A stretch of 62,837 nt of DNA from Mobilitalea sp. (GCA_049657865.1 JBASOB010000004.1:1-62837); one strand, 5' to 3'. Numbered from the stretch's first letter, positions 49,962-60,204 are shown. Numbers and translations: made by a program. The notes: generated from the sequence alone by a model not told the origin.

Positions 49962-52142
49962 TTATATTTTAAAGACTTTAATTGAGTCTTTTAAATCTCC
50001 GGCATTTTCCTGCAAATTGATTGCTGCCATATTTAAAGTTTCAACCGCATTTAATTGTTCGGTCGTTGTAGCTGATAATTCCTGGGTAGCTGCTGCTGTT
50101 TCTTCCGAAATAGCCGAAATGCTCTCAATCGCACTTAATGTATCATTCTTCGCAGCTTCAATATCACTAATTCTTTCTATAATAACAACCAAATCCTCTG
50201 TTAAGTCTAAAACCTGCCTATCAATAGAATAAAAAGCTTCCACCGTACTTACTAAGGCACTCTTCTGTGACTCTACAATAACTCCTGCCTCTTTCGCTGT
50301 TCCCACTGTTTTCTTTGTTTGATACTGAATTTTTTTAATAATATCAGCTACTTCATCACTTGCATCGTTCGACTGTTTTGCAAGTTTTCTAATCTCGTCT
50401 GCAACAACCGAAAATCCTTTGCCTGATTCTCCTGCTCTTGCAGCCTCTATGGACGCATTTAGTGCAAGTAGATTTGTTTGTTCTGATATGCCATTGATCA
50501 CAGTTACAAACTTGCTTATTGATACGGATTGATTCTCAAGGCTTTGAATATCAACGATAATATTTTGAGTAATATCATAGGTATCCATCGCTTTTTTGTT
50601 GAGATCATCCATCATAACAATCCCTTGCCCCACGGTTTCTTTTGCCAACACCGTTGTTTTTTCTATTTTATTCGTATTTTCTTGTATTTTATTAATTTGA
50701 TTTGACAGACCTTCCATTTTAATCAAGCAATTCTCTGCGTCTTGCGCCTGCTGAACAACTCCATTGCTTATATCGCTAACAGAACTTGTAATGTTTTTCG
50801 TCGCTGTCAGTAAAATCTCTACACTTCTCACGACATTTTCTGAGGTTGAAGCAACTTTTGAGCTCACGAGCGCCATCTTGCCGATTAAATTTTTCACGCT
50901 GTTAATCATATTAATAATCCCTTTTGATAAGAGACTAAATTCATCTTTTCTTGTAACCTTGAGCGTCACTGTCAAATCACCCTCGGATGCATTTTTTAGA
51001 AAGTTATTTGTTTTATTTATTATCTTCGTTATGTCATTTGTCAAGAAAGTTCCAATAAATCCAGCAGCCAAACATGCCAAGATTACAATAATCATAGTTA
51101 CTTTCTTCATTTGATCTGCCTGTTTTAGGATAGCTGCTTCAGGAACAAGTGCACAAATTGAAACTCCTCCAACACCATTCAAAGAATAAATATAGCGATA
51201 ATTTTCTCCATCATACTTGACCGACTTAATTCCTTCTACTGTTTCACCATCCTCTGCCTTCTTCTTTATACTCTCTTGATAAAACTTCTGTTTAGCAAAG
51301 GAGAAGCTATCTGCATCCGGTCCAACCAATACTTCTTTATTATCTGCAGTAATAAAGCCTATGATACAGCTATCATCTAATTTCATATCCTTTAAGGTTG
51401 TCTCAATCATATCCCTTTTTATGTCCATTACAATGAATCCAATATTACTATAGACATTATTTTTAAGATAAGCGATGCAGGACAAACCATAAGTAGAGGT
51501 ATCTTTCCCAGATTGTTCGTCTAAATACGGATGCTCGCCTACCCATATTTCACTCTCCAAAGAATTGATTAACTTACTTCCTTCTTCCGAATCAGAAAAA
51601 CCTTTATAATATCCATCCGCCAATATGCCTTCCGAGGAAATTCCTTGTCCGTATTCTGCAAACAAATCAATTTCGTTCAAATATGCATCTGCTTTCACTA
51701 TTGATTTTGCGGTTTTTTTAATTTCATCAATGCTGTCGTATTCCGCGTATGGATCATCTTTAATTTCCCCGCCATAATAAGTTGTAATCGTACTATTCGT
51801 ATTAATCTGCGTCACTTTGTTGGAAACTTCATTCAATACTACTCCAAAATATTTTTGGGTCATATTGATTGTGCTTTGTGTTGTCTGTTCATAGCTTTCA
51901 ATCGTTCCTGATGACGACTTTTGATATAATATAATTCCTAACAGGATTATAAATATGATTGGCAGCAAAAACCCACCTATCATCTTAACCCCAATGCTAT
52001 TGAAAAATGATATTGATTTCTTGGTCTTTATTATTGTGTTTTCCTTGTTCCTTCTAGTCTCTTTTTTTCTTCTGCTCTCATTTGTGTGTTTTTTCAATTT
52101 TTCTCCCGGTATTGTCACTTTGATGTTTTTATTTTTGTACAT
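49962..52142 (-). CDS. Methyl-accepting chemotaxis protein
   Basis: TM-extracellular domain-[43 protein letters not shown]. Start uncertain. Confidence 0.92.
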   Translation of the reverse strand: MYKNKNIKVTIPGEKLKKHTNESRRKKETRRNKENTIIKTKKSISFFNSIGVKMIGGFLLPIIFIILLGIILYQKSSSGTIESYEQTTQSTINMTQKYFGVVLNEVSNKVTQINTNSTITTYYGGEIKDDPYAEYDSIDEIKKTAKSIVKADAYLNEIDLFAEYGQGISSEGILADGYYKGFSDSEEGSKLINSLESEIWVGEHPYLDEQSGKDTSTYGLSCIAYLKNNVYSNIGFIVMDIKRDMIETTLKDMKLDDSCIIGFITADNKEVLVGPDADSFSFAKQKFYQESIKKKAEDGETVEGIKSVKYDGENYRYIYSLNGVGGVSICALVPEAAILKQADQMKKVTMIIVILACLAAGFIGTFLTNDITKIINKTNNFLKNASEGDLTVTLKVTRKDEFSLLSKGIINMINSVKNLIGKMALVSSKVASTSENVVRSVEILLTATKNITSSVSDISNGVVQQAQDAENCLIKMEGLSNQINKIQENTNKIEKTTVLAKETVGQGIVMMDDLNKKAMDTYDITQNIIVDIQSLENQSVSISKFVTVINGISEQTNLLALNASIEAARAGESGKGFSVVADEIRKLAKQSNDASDEVADIIKKIQYQTKKTVGTAKEAGVIVESQKSALVSTVEAFYSIDRQVLDLTEDLVVIIERISDIEAAKNDTLSAIESISAISEETAAATQELSATTTEQLNAVETLNMAAINLQENAGDLKDSIKVFKI

Positions 52143-52259
52143 CTTCAGTCAATATTTTTTTCATAATTCACTCTTGTATTTGTTTTATATTCAATTTTTG
52201 TGGCTATCGCCGATTAAACCCGGATGTTCTAACTCCCTCATCATTCTTAACTTTTATCT

Positions 52260-52889
52260 TTACTCTTGTTTTAAACTTTTTACAAAAGCGCTAAATATAT
52301 AGGCTGCAACAGTTGCACCTGGATCAATCAACACAATTGATGCATCTCCACGAATTGCTGCTCTGCCATGTAATGCGCGCATGGTTGTTGTCTTTATAAC
52401 ACCCTCTTTTGCTGCTTGTTCCGCTTTCAATGCTGAAGTATAAAGATCTTGTCCTTCACTTATTGCTTGTTCCATCGCTTCTATAGCAGGAGCAATCCCA
52501 TCTAAAAATGTTTTTTCTCCAACTTTAGCCTTTCCAAGGTTAAGAACGCCCTCCATATAACTCCGAAATATCGTAATACAATCTTCGTTTGTAAGTTTCA
52601 TCTTTCCGCTAATCGCTTTTCCCGCATTCATTAAACCAGCAGCCATCAATGTTCCCATGGTAGACGGAACCTCTTTCCCCATCGCCTTCCCTGCCATGTA
52701 GAGCAGCTTCCCTAGGTCTGTTTCATCTTTGCCTTCTATCGCTTTATAGGCTGCAGTAAATCCACTTTCCATTGTAAGTCCTAAATCTCCATCGCCAACG
52801 ATACTATCAAGTTCAATTAAGTAATCTTTGTTTAGAGCCATAATATCCATTAATTCTTTTAAAAATCTTTTTATATAAAGACAGTCCAT
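52260..52889 (-). CDS. dhaL: Dihydroxyacetone kinase-family L subunit
   Basis: LDSIVGDGDLG, GKAKVGEKTFLD, HGRA, DPGA; AAAGGAG before ATG 52889. Confidence 0.85.
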   Translation of the reverse strand: MDCLYIKRFLKELMDIMALNKDYLIELDSIVGDGDLGLTMESGFTAAYKAIEGKDETDLGKLLYMAGKAMGKEVPSTMGTLMAAGLMNAGKAISGKMKLTNEDCITIFRSYMEGVLNLGKAKVGEKTFLDGIAPAIEAMEQAISEGQDLYTSALKAEQAAKEGVIKTTTMRALHGRAAIRGDASIVLIDPGATVAAYIFSAFVKSLKQE

Positions 52890-52911
52890 TTTAACAATCT
52901 CCTTTGCTTCC

Positions 52912-53919
52912 TTATTGTCTAAAGAACGGTGTATGTGCAGAGGCATCAAGAAACCCAGTCAATTCATCATCTAATTTTAATAACGAGATAGAGAAACCTG
53001 CCATTTCAAGTGACGTTGCGTATTCACCAACATAATAGCGATGTACTCTTATTCCTTTTTCCTTTAAGAACTGGTCAATGCGTCTTGTAACAATGTATTG
53101 TTCATCAAGCGGTGTTGCACCAAGACCATTCACTAATACCGCAACTATATCTCCTCTCTTATAAGGCAAATCCGAAACAATGATGTCCAGCATCTCATCT
53201 GTTATCTCATCCGCAGGAGCTATCTTAGTTCGTCGAATTCCCGTTTCTCCGTGAATTCCCATACCAATCTCCATTTCATCTGGTTCTATGGTAAATCCCG
53301 CCTTGCCAACTCGTGGTACGATACACGGAGTTAAAGCCACTCCCATTGTTCTAACATTATCACAGACTTTTTGAGCAATACGTTTCACCTCATCTAATGG
53401 AAGCATATTGGCTGCTGCTGCTCCCGCACATTTGAAAACGAAAAAGATTCCTGCGACACCTCGCCTTAAATTCTTTTCTCCTTCTTTACTAGGTGCCGCA
53501 GATGCAACATCTTCGCCTGCAACAATCGTCTCAACTTTTATATTCTCTTCAAAGCCAGCCATCTCAGCCGCCATATCAAAATTGAAGATATCACCATTGT
53601 AATTACCGTATATATATAATACTCCTGCGCCTGAATCAATTGCTTTTGTGACCGCTAATATTTGATCCGCACTCGGCGATTGAAATACATCTCCTACCGA
53701 GCAGGCATCCAGCATTCCATCACCCACATATCCTAAAAACAAGGGCAAATGTCCAGAACCTCCTCCTGTTGCTATCCCAACTTTTCCTGGTACTTTGTTG
53801 GCAGATATCAAGCATCTAAGATCATCGTTCGTATACGTAATTAAATCACTATGTGCGATATATAAACCCTCAAGCATTTCATTCACATAGTTTTCCGGTT
53901 TGTTAATAACTTTTTTCAT
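52912..53919 (-). CDS. dhaK: Dihydroxyacetone kinase-family K subunit
   Basis: GGGSGHLP, FQSP, NYNGD..NF, RRGVAG, GMGIHGE, NGLGATP. Confidence 0.87.
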   Translation of the reverse strand: MKKVINKPENYVNEMLEGLYIAHSDLITYTNDDLRCLISANKVPGKVGIATGGGSGHLPLFLGYVGDGMLDACSVGDVFQSPSADQILAVTKAIDSGAGVLYIYGNYNGDIFNFDMAAEMAGFEENIKVETIVAGEDVASAAPSKEGEKNLRRGVAGIFFVFKCAGAAAANMLPLDEVKRIAQKVCDNVRTMGVALTPCIVPRVGKAGFTIEPDEMEIGMGIHGETGIRRTKIAPADEITDEMLDIIVSDLPYKRGDIVAVLVNGLGATPLDEQYIVTRRIDQFLKEKGIRVHRYYVGEYATSLEMAGFSISLLKLDDELTGFLDASAHTPFFRQ

Positions 53920-54210
53920 AGCTTCCTTCTCCTCTATCATAAATGTAATATTTTTTTCAATTATATAACATTAATAGTTGAGTTACAATAATAAATTTTG
54001 TTTTTTATTTGTTTATATTGTATTATGATTATTTCATTACCGATTATATTGTTTATTCCTGTCAAAGTATTGCAAAACTGTAGGTTTTTCACAATATTCA
54101 GAATCAGCATAGTGAAATCTTTTGTTTTTCGTGGTTTTTCTATATTGGCACTGTTGCTTTTAAATAATGTTTCGTAATTTTGGACATAAAAAAAAGGCCT
54201 ACGCCCTTCC

Positions 54211-54537
54211 TTACGCTATCGCTCTCATATTTACTCTTGGTCTTATTACAAGTTCAATATATTCAAGTGTTTCATTATAAGCTTCTATTGCTTCTTTATA
54301 GCTGTCGGTACCTTTTTTTATCTTTTTCCTAAGTTGAAAAAGCTTTGTTTTTTCTTCCAGATATTGTTCCGGCATAATGCTAAAACTTCTGGTATCTTCT
54401 TGATACTCTTGTTTGATTAAATATACAAGCATTGAGCATTGATAAATAACTCTTTTGTTCAAGCTTTCTTCGTTTAATCTCCAATACTGTCTCAGGTTTT
54501 CTTTCGCCCTGTCATAAATAATACTATCTTGTTTCAT
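54211..54537 (-). CDS. Hypothetical protein
   Basis: 108-aa ORF with GGTGAAGG upstream; no recognised motif. Confidence 0.55.
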   Translation of the reverse strand: MKQDSIIYDRAKENLRQYWRLNEESLNKRVIYQCSMLVYLIKQEYQEDTRSFSIMPEQYLEEKTKLFQLRKKIKKGTDSYKEAIEAYNETLEYIELVIRPRVNMRAIA

Positions 54538-54812
54538 GTTCCTTCACCTATTCTCAGATACGAACGATATATTCTGTTCTTAATCCTTTTGTCATTATAC
54601 CACAATTTGGAATTAATAACAAGGATCTTCTTGCTTCTAAATGTAAACCTTTTGTTATTTTTATGTAAACTAATACGTAAAAGCCTCTATTATTATCTAT
54701 AATTACTAATAACGTAGTCTCAAAAAGGATTATTCTCCCAGACCCCACCTAGTAGCGATAAAAAAGAAGCCGACTTCTTGTTGATAAGTTCAGCTTCTCC
54801 CTCACTACCCAG

Positions 54813-54858
54813 AAGAACTCCAACATGAATTTCAAACAGAATTCTTGTTGGAGTTCTT
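54813..54858. terminator. Long hairpin downstream of the GH25 gene
   Basis: AAGAACTCCAACA.GAATT...AATTC.TGTTGGAGTTCTT. Confidence 0.55.
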
Positions 54859-54860
54859 GC

Positions 54861-54912
54861 TAGGCTGGCATGATCTTGCAAGACTATAGGCTGGCATGAT
54901 CTTGCAAGACTA
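54861..54912. repeat. Exact 26-bp tandem duplication
   Basis: TAGGCTGGCATGATCTTGCAAGACTA twice; the second copy contains the GH25 stop codon. Confidence 0.9.
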
Positions 54913-56700
54913 TGATAGCTTAATATAACCACCATATACATACCCGGTATATGTTACATTATGTTTCTTACAGTAAATTCTATACCAAAGGTTTCCCTTA
55001 CTATCTTTTCTTGTGCTGATTACTTTTACGGACGTTCCCTTACTGATCTCGGTAATAGCTGCATAACTTGTTCCTGCCCCTTTTCTTATTGTCAAAGAGC
55101 TTGCTGTTACCGTGCCTGTCTTCGTGGTCTGCTGCGCATAGGAGGAATCCGTTGCTGCTGTCAGCACTTTCGCATAAGCACCAAAATAATACTTGCCATT
55201 TACTGTCTTATAAGCTCTCGCTCTATAATAGTATTTGGCTGCCTTGGATAATCTTGTATTGGTCCATGCAAGTATGCTGTTGGACTGTATTGTTTTTATT
55301 CTTGTATAAGTTCCACTTGCAGAAGATGCTCTGTAGATTACATATCCGGTAGCATTTGTAACCTTACTCCATTTCAGCTTGATACTGCTTGTACTATTGG
55401 CCGCTATCTGAAACGATGTCATCTGTTTGGGAAGAATATAAAATCTGATTTTCTTTATTCCGGTATAATTTCCCTGTCCCGTTATAACCATAGTAGCTGT
55501 TCCAATTGATTTATTATTACTACAGGTTACTTTATAATCTGTTCCACTAGCTAGTTTACTTTCTTCATTTGTGACGGTAAACTTCGGAGTGATTGCTAAC
55601 CCTGTATATTGCTGTGACACTACTTTTGAATAAGTATATTTTGCGATATCATTTGTCGTAATCTGAAAGGTCTTCGTTAAATCAGTCTGATCTGCTTCTA
55701 TTCCAATCAGTTCTGCTTTTATCATTGCGGTTCCTATCTTACTATTATTGCTATAAGTTAACGTATAATCTTTCCCCGATATCAGTGTCTTCGCCTCTGA
55801 TAAGATTCCCTTCGAATCCGCTTGATAAGACGTTACCGTCACCTCCGGCGTAATCGCTGAATTCGTATAGGGGTAAGTCGAAATACTATCTGAGAAACTC
55901 ATATTTACAACTGTTTCTGTGTTAATTACCAACTCTTCCGGCTTTTTAAACCACAGATCACAATCAATTCTGGTTGCAATTCCATCCACTTTTCCTGAAC
56001 TCGAATATTGCCAGAAGGGATAGCTTATCGAAGATGCTGTCGAATAATAGGCACACCAGATACTATATTTTTTACTGATGGCAGCCGCATCCAGCTTATT
56101 CGTCAGCATATAAAGATTAGCATATACCATCGGTGCATAACCGGCATCCGCAATTGTTTTGCAGAAAGCCATGCAGATTGCAGTCGCTTCCGCTTTTGTC
56201 AGCTTCGCATTATAGAGGCGGCCTCCGGTACCTGCATTCACATAGGCATATTCAAAGTCAATTACTACTGGCATCGTGACATCATAGTCCTCAATCCTTG
56301 CTAACGCATAACGAGCTTCTTCTACCGCTTCCTTTGTCGTAATTGCCTGTGAGAAGAAATAGACGCCCGTACTGACCCCTGCATTGATAGAACCCTGCAT
56401 ATTAATGTCGAAATAACCGTCATCGCCAATATTGCCTGCCGATCCATACCCGCGGTATCCCAACCGGATAAAGGTGAAGTCAACTCCAGCCTTTTTTACC
56501 TTTGCCCAATCGATTTTTCCCTGATATTTTGAAACATCAATTCCATGAAGAATGGTATAATCCTTATACTCGCTGCTATATGTGTAAGAATCGTCTGTAA
56601 ATGGACTCTCTGTTGTCTCCGCTGCCTTCGCCATACCAAATGATAGTTGTAATATGACAAATGTCAATAAAATGCATATCCATAATTTACTTTTTTTCAT
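54910..56700 (-). CDS. Secreted GH25 muramidase with Ig/FN3-like repeats and C-terminal SH3b
   Basis: Signal peptide, HGIDVSKYQG, GVYFFSQA, DFE, WQYSSSG; FN3 LKWSKV..ATGY.IYR; SH3b LTIRKGAGTSY. Confidence 0.88.
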   Translation of the reverse strand: MKKSKLWICILLTFVILQLSFGMAKAAETTESPFTDDSYTYSSEYKDYTILHGIDVSKYQGKIDWAKVKKAGVDFTFIRLGYRGYGSAGNIGDDGYFDINMQGSINAGVSTGVYFFSQAITTKEAVEEARYALARIEDYDVTMPVVIDFEYAYVNAGTGGRLYNAKLTKAEATAICMAFCKTIADAGYAPMVYANLYMLTNKLDAAAISKKYSIWCAYYSTASSISYPFWQYSSSGKVDGIATRIDCDLWFKKPEELVINTETVVNMSFSDSISTYPYTNSAITPEVTVTSYQADSKGILSEAKTLISGKDYTLTYSNNSKIGTAMIKAELIGIEADQTDLTKTFQITTNDIAKYTYSKVVSQQYTGLAITPKFTVTNEESKLASGTDYKVTCSNNKSIGTATMVITGQGNYTGIKKIRFYILPKQMTSFQIAANSTSSIKLKWSKVTNATGYVIYRASSASGTYTRIKTIQSNSILAWTNTRLSKAAKYYYRARAYKTVNGKYYFGAYAKVLTAATDSSYAQQTTKTGTVTASSLTIRKGAGTSYAAITEISKGTSVKVISTRKDSKGNLWYRIYCKKHNVTYTGYVYGGYIKLS

Positions 56701-56787
56701 ATTCTGCCCTCGTTTTCTAGTAAGGTTAGGTTAGGCAAAATATGTGACGATAGTATGTCAGTTAGTATCTTTTATTAATTTAAATCA

Positions 56788-58455
56788 TTATTCTTTCAGA
56801 TCCACCCAGATATTGCTCCAAATTTCAAGACTCGGCACCGTGAACTGAATTTTCCATCCTCTGTCTGACTTTATTTTCTCATAACAAAGCTCCTGCAATT
56901 TACCATGATCAATATCCGGCGACAGGAAATATACGCCTTTGACTTCTTTGTCTATCTGAACCTGCATCGTTATGTCTTCCTTGATGACGGGCTGTTCTTT
57001 CCCTGCATTCCAATCATTGTCAGGATTTCCACATAGGTTAATGAAACTGATCAATTTTCTGGATTCCTTCTCTCTGACCGTAATCCAGATCTTCTCCGCT
57101 TCCCCGTCCACACTCCAAGGTTCTGTCAGACATCGATATTCCGTATTATCCCAGCCGATGTGCGTCATACTGACATCTTTTAATTTGTCATCATAGAAAA
57201 GCTCCATGTATTGAACAAGAAAATCATAATAGCTACGAAGTTTTCCACTTGCTCCCTCCTGCAAGAAGGAATGATCCACATAATATCCCTGCGTTAAGAC
57301 TGCATTCTTTTCACCCAGCAGCAGATTGTAAGCTCCGTTTACAGTTACTGCTGCTGTTAGTAACAGTGCAGCATTTGTAGCTTTTTCCGGAGTATCCTCC
57401 CGAAACGGTGCTAGGTAAGCTGCCAGTATAATCGGCTTATTACCAATCCGTTCTCTTGCTGCTTCCCGAATAATCTGTTTAATATGGCTGTACTTGACAT
57501 AGGGTTCCCATACTTCTATATAAACTGCATCTTGCGGTGTATTCACTACCGTACTTACCGGCCAGTTTCCGACATTATTAAAGATAAGATGATTCTCCTG
57601 TGTCAGCTCATTTAATTTCTTCTTCGTGTCTTCAATCAGAGAAGGGTATTCTTCTGCAAGTTGAATCAGCTCCTGCTGATGATAGGAATATGCCGTCTTA
57701 GGAAATCCATAAGTATCCATATGAATTCCGTCAAAGCCAACTTCCGACACGGCTTTGGCATACTCATTGATGATATGCTCTCTCCACCTGCTTTTGCTTG
57801 AAACATTCATAATATAGAAGGTATCTATAAATACAAGCGGTTCTCCGGCGCTGGTGTAAAGTGCACTTTCTTTATTCTTTTCATAAAACCCTTTTGATGC
57901 GGCATAAACTGCCCCATATCCAAGGGATTTGATTCCATATTTTTTGCACGCTGCAATTTTAATCTTTACCGTATCCCTATCCACCTGACGTCCCATCATG
58001 TCCTTATATATCGTCTCTTTTCCGACGAAATCGTCGTGTCGATAGGACCAGTCATAATATTGAATCATATTGACGTGAAATTTCCTTAAATTACTTACAT
58101 CCTCGCATTCGGTTCCATCCACAGTATCGAAATCACTTAAGAACCCATAACGGATGGAACGGCTGCATTCCGATACCACATCAAAAGCAGTATAGCCTCT
58201 TCCAAGGAGTTCCGCCTCGTAATAAACCATAATTTCAACTCCGTAACCACCAAAGTCGGTATCCATGCCCGGTATCGTAATTTCATTGCTGCTCTCATGC
58301 AGATGATATATTCTTTCCACTTTTTTTTCCTGCAGATGTGTAATTGTCAGCCTTGCTTCATAGTAATCTGCCGTCGGCTGCTCGCATTCTACGATTAATT
58401 TAATCTCCTCCTTACTTAAATACTGTGCTTTCTCAGGGTATATATCAATTATCAT
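56788..58455 (-). CDS. GH66 glycoside hydrolase (dextranase-like), no signal peptide
   Basis: RYGFLSDF, NMIQYYDW.YRH, GFDGIHMD, YIEVW, ILAAY; AAGGAGG before ATG 58455. Confidence 0.8.
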   Translation of the reverse strand: MIIDIYPEKAQYLSKEEIKLIVECEQPTADYYEARLTITHLQEKKVERIYHLHESSNEITIPGMDTDFGGYGVEIMVYYEAELLGRGYTAFDVVSECSRSIRYGFLSDFDTVDGTECEDVSNLRKFHVNMIQYYDWSYRHDDFVGKETIYKDMMGRQVDRDTVKIKIAACKKYGIKSLGYGAVYAASKGFYEKNKESALYTSAGEPLVFIDTFYIMNVSSKSRWREHIINEYAKAVSEVGFDGIHMDTYGFPKTAYSYHQQELIQLAEEYPSLIEDTKKKLNELTQENHLIFNNVGNWPVSTVVNTPQDAVYIEVWEPYVKYSHIKQIIREAARERIGNKPIILAAYLAPFREDTPEKATNAALLLTAAVTVNGAYNLLLGEKNAVLTQGYYVDHSFLQEGASGKLRSYYDFLVQYMELFYDDKLKDVSMTHIGWDNTEYRCLTEPWSVDGEAEKIWITVREKESRKLISFINLCGNPDNDWNAGKEQPVIKEDITMQVQIDKEVKGVYFLSPDIDHGKLQELCYEKIKSDRGWKIQFTVPSLEIWSNIWVDLKE

Positions 58456-58493
58456 TGCTGCCTCCTTGTCCTTGTTTCCAAACCTGATTTTTC

Positions 58494-59327
58494 TTATCCT
58501 TTCAGCGCTCCATCCGTCAGCCCCTTCATAAGATTCTTCTGAAAGATCATGAATACGATGATGACAGGGATGATTGCGATGACTGCTGTCGCCGCCATCA
58601 GATTCCATTTTGCTCCGGCAAATTGTTGAAAATATACCGATAATGCCTGCGGAACATTATGCTTCTTACTGTCTTGCAAGAAGAAAACGGCCTGCGAATA
58701 ATTATTCCAAATTCCAAATCCATTTAAGATGACGATTGCGGAGATTGCCGGTTTCAGTAGCGGAAAAATTATTTTCCAGTATGCCGTATACCAGGAACAG
58801 CCGTCAATAATTGCAGATTCCTCCATTTCAATCGGCAGGGACCTGATATAGCCGGAGAATACAAAGACCGACTGTGGCAGGGCATTTGTCGCACATACCA
58901 AGGCCATTCCCCATAACGTATTGATTGCATGGATGTCAATCATCAAGGTATATAACGGAACGGTATTGATAATTCCGGGAATCATCATACAGCTGATTAA
59001 AATAGCAAAAATCAGCTTGTTGAATTTATAATTGAATCTTGCGATGGTATATGCCGCCATGGATGCCAGAACAACGATCAAGATCAGGGATCCGATTGTG
59101 ATGACCGCTGAATTAATCATCGCATTGCCAATATTGGACTTTATCCAGCCCTCCACGTAATTCAGGAAGTAGAAATCTGGAATAAAGATATTGCCCTCAT
59201 AGAACACTCTTTTCGGTGTATTCAAAGATAAAATCAGCAATACTCCAAAGGGAATGATGCATAATAAGCAGATAACTATAATACTCAGATACCTGATTAA
59301 ACTTAATACTTTTCTCAATTTAAGCAC
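58494..59327 (-). CDS. Carbohydrate ABC permease (MalG-type)
   Basis: EAA loop LPIEMEESAIIDGC, IIFPLLKP, WNNY. Confidence 0.9.
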   Translation of the reverse strand: MLKLRKVLSLIRYLSIIVICLLCIIPFGVLLILSLNTPKRVFYEGNIFIPDFYFLNYVEGWIKSNIGNAMINSAVITIGSLILIVVLASMAAYTIARFNYKFNKLIFAILISCMMIPGIINTVPLYTLMIDIHAINTLWGMALVCATNALPQSVFVFSGYIRSLPIEMEESAIIDGCSWYTAYWKIIFPLLKPAISAIVILNGFGIWNNYSQAVFFLQDSKKHNVPQALSVYFQQFAGAKWNLMAATAVIAIIPVIIVFMIFQKNLMKGLTDGALKG

Positions 59328-59334
59328 CTCTTTC

Positions 59335-60204
59335 CTAGTATTCTGATTTTGCTCTTGTCAACCGCATTGCTGCAATTACAGGGATTAAGATAATGAAGAA
59401 CATGATGATTGCCACTGCTGTGGAATATCCGGTTTTACTTCCGTAACACATTCTCATGATATAGATACTTAATGTTTCCGTCGCATACCCCGGTCCGCCT
59501 GCCGTAAGTGACATTACGATATCGAAGACCGACAGGGATCCGATAATATTCGTCACGATATTGATTCTGATAGACGGCGTAAGTAATGGTAGCGTAATAT
59601 AGCGAAGTCTCTTGTTAAAAGAAGCTCCGTCCATCTTAGCTGCTTCATACAGTTCTCCCGGAATTGCCTGCAGGCCTGCCAGATATACTACCATCGTCAT
59701 ACCGGCATATTGCCATACATTTACCAGGACTAATACAATCATGGAAGTTGAATAAGTCCCAAGCCAATTGCCAAACAGCTCGCCTTGTCCCATATTGTCG
59801 AGCACATGGTAGATAAATCCCCGCCCTGGCTGCAGCAAAAGATACCAGATATATCCCATAATTAAAGGGCTGATTACTGCCGGCAGATAAATAATCATTC
59901 GTGCAATTCCTTTTGCCTTGAATTTACTATCCATCAGCAAGGCGTAAATAAGTCCGAAGATATTAAGGAGTGGTGCACTGCCAAGTGCAAACAGCAAGGT
60001 GGTCTTTATATCATTGATTGCCCTATCATCCTGGAAGAATTCCTTGAAATTCGCAAGCCCGATAAACTTAGCGGCGCTGATTCCATCCCAGTCTGTAAGG
60101 CTCATGCCGATTCCTTTGGCCAGAGGATACAGAAAAAACAAGGAAAACAAAGCAAAGGCCGGAATAGCCATAAAGGTATGTAGTCCGATTTTAGTTTTAT
60201 GCAT
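59335..60204 (-). CDS. Carbohydrate ABC permease (MalF-type)
   Basis: FIGLANF, AGLQAIP.ELYEAAKMDGA, LTAGGP. Confidence 0.9.
   Translation of the reverse strand: MHKTKIGLHTFMAIPAFALFSLFFLYPLAKGIGMSLTDWDGISAAKFIGLANFKEFFQDDRAINDIKTTLLFALGSAPLLNIFGLIYALLMDSKFKAKGIARMIIYLPAVISPLIMGYIWYLLLQPGRGFIYHVLDNMGQGELFGNWLGTYSTSMIVLVLVNVWQYAGMTMVVYLAGLQAIPGELYEAAKMDGASFNKRLRYITLPLLTPSIRINIVTNIIGSLSVFDIVMSLTAGGPGYATETLSIYIMRMCYGSKTGYSTAVAIIMFFIILIPVIAAMRLTRAKSEY

Noticed and set aside
58456..58608. N-terminal extension of the GH66 ORF
   Set aside because: It overlaps the permease gene; AAGGAGG supports ATG 58455.
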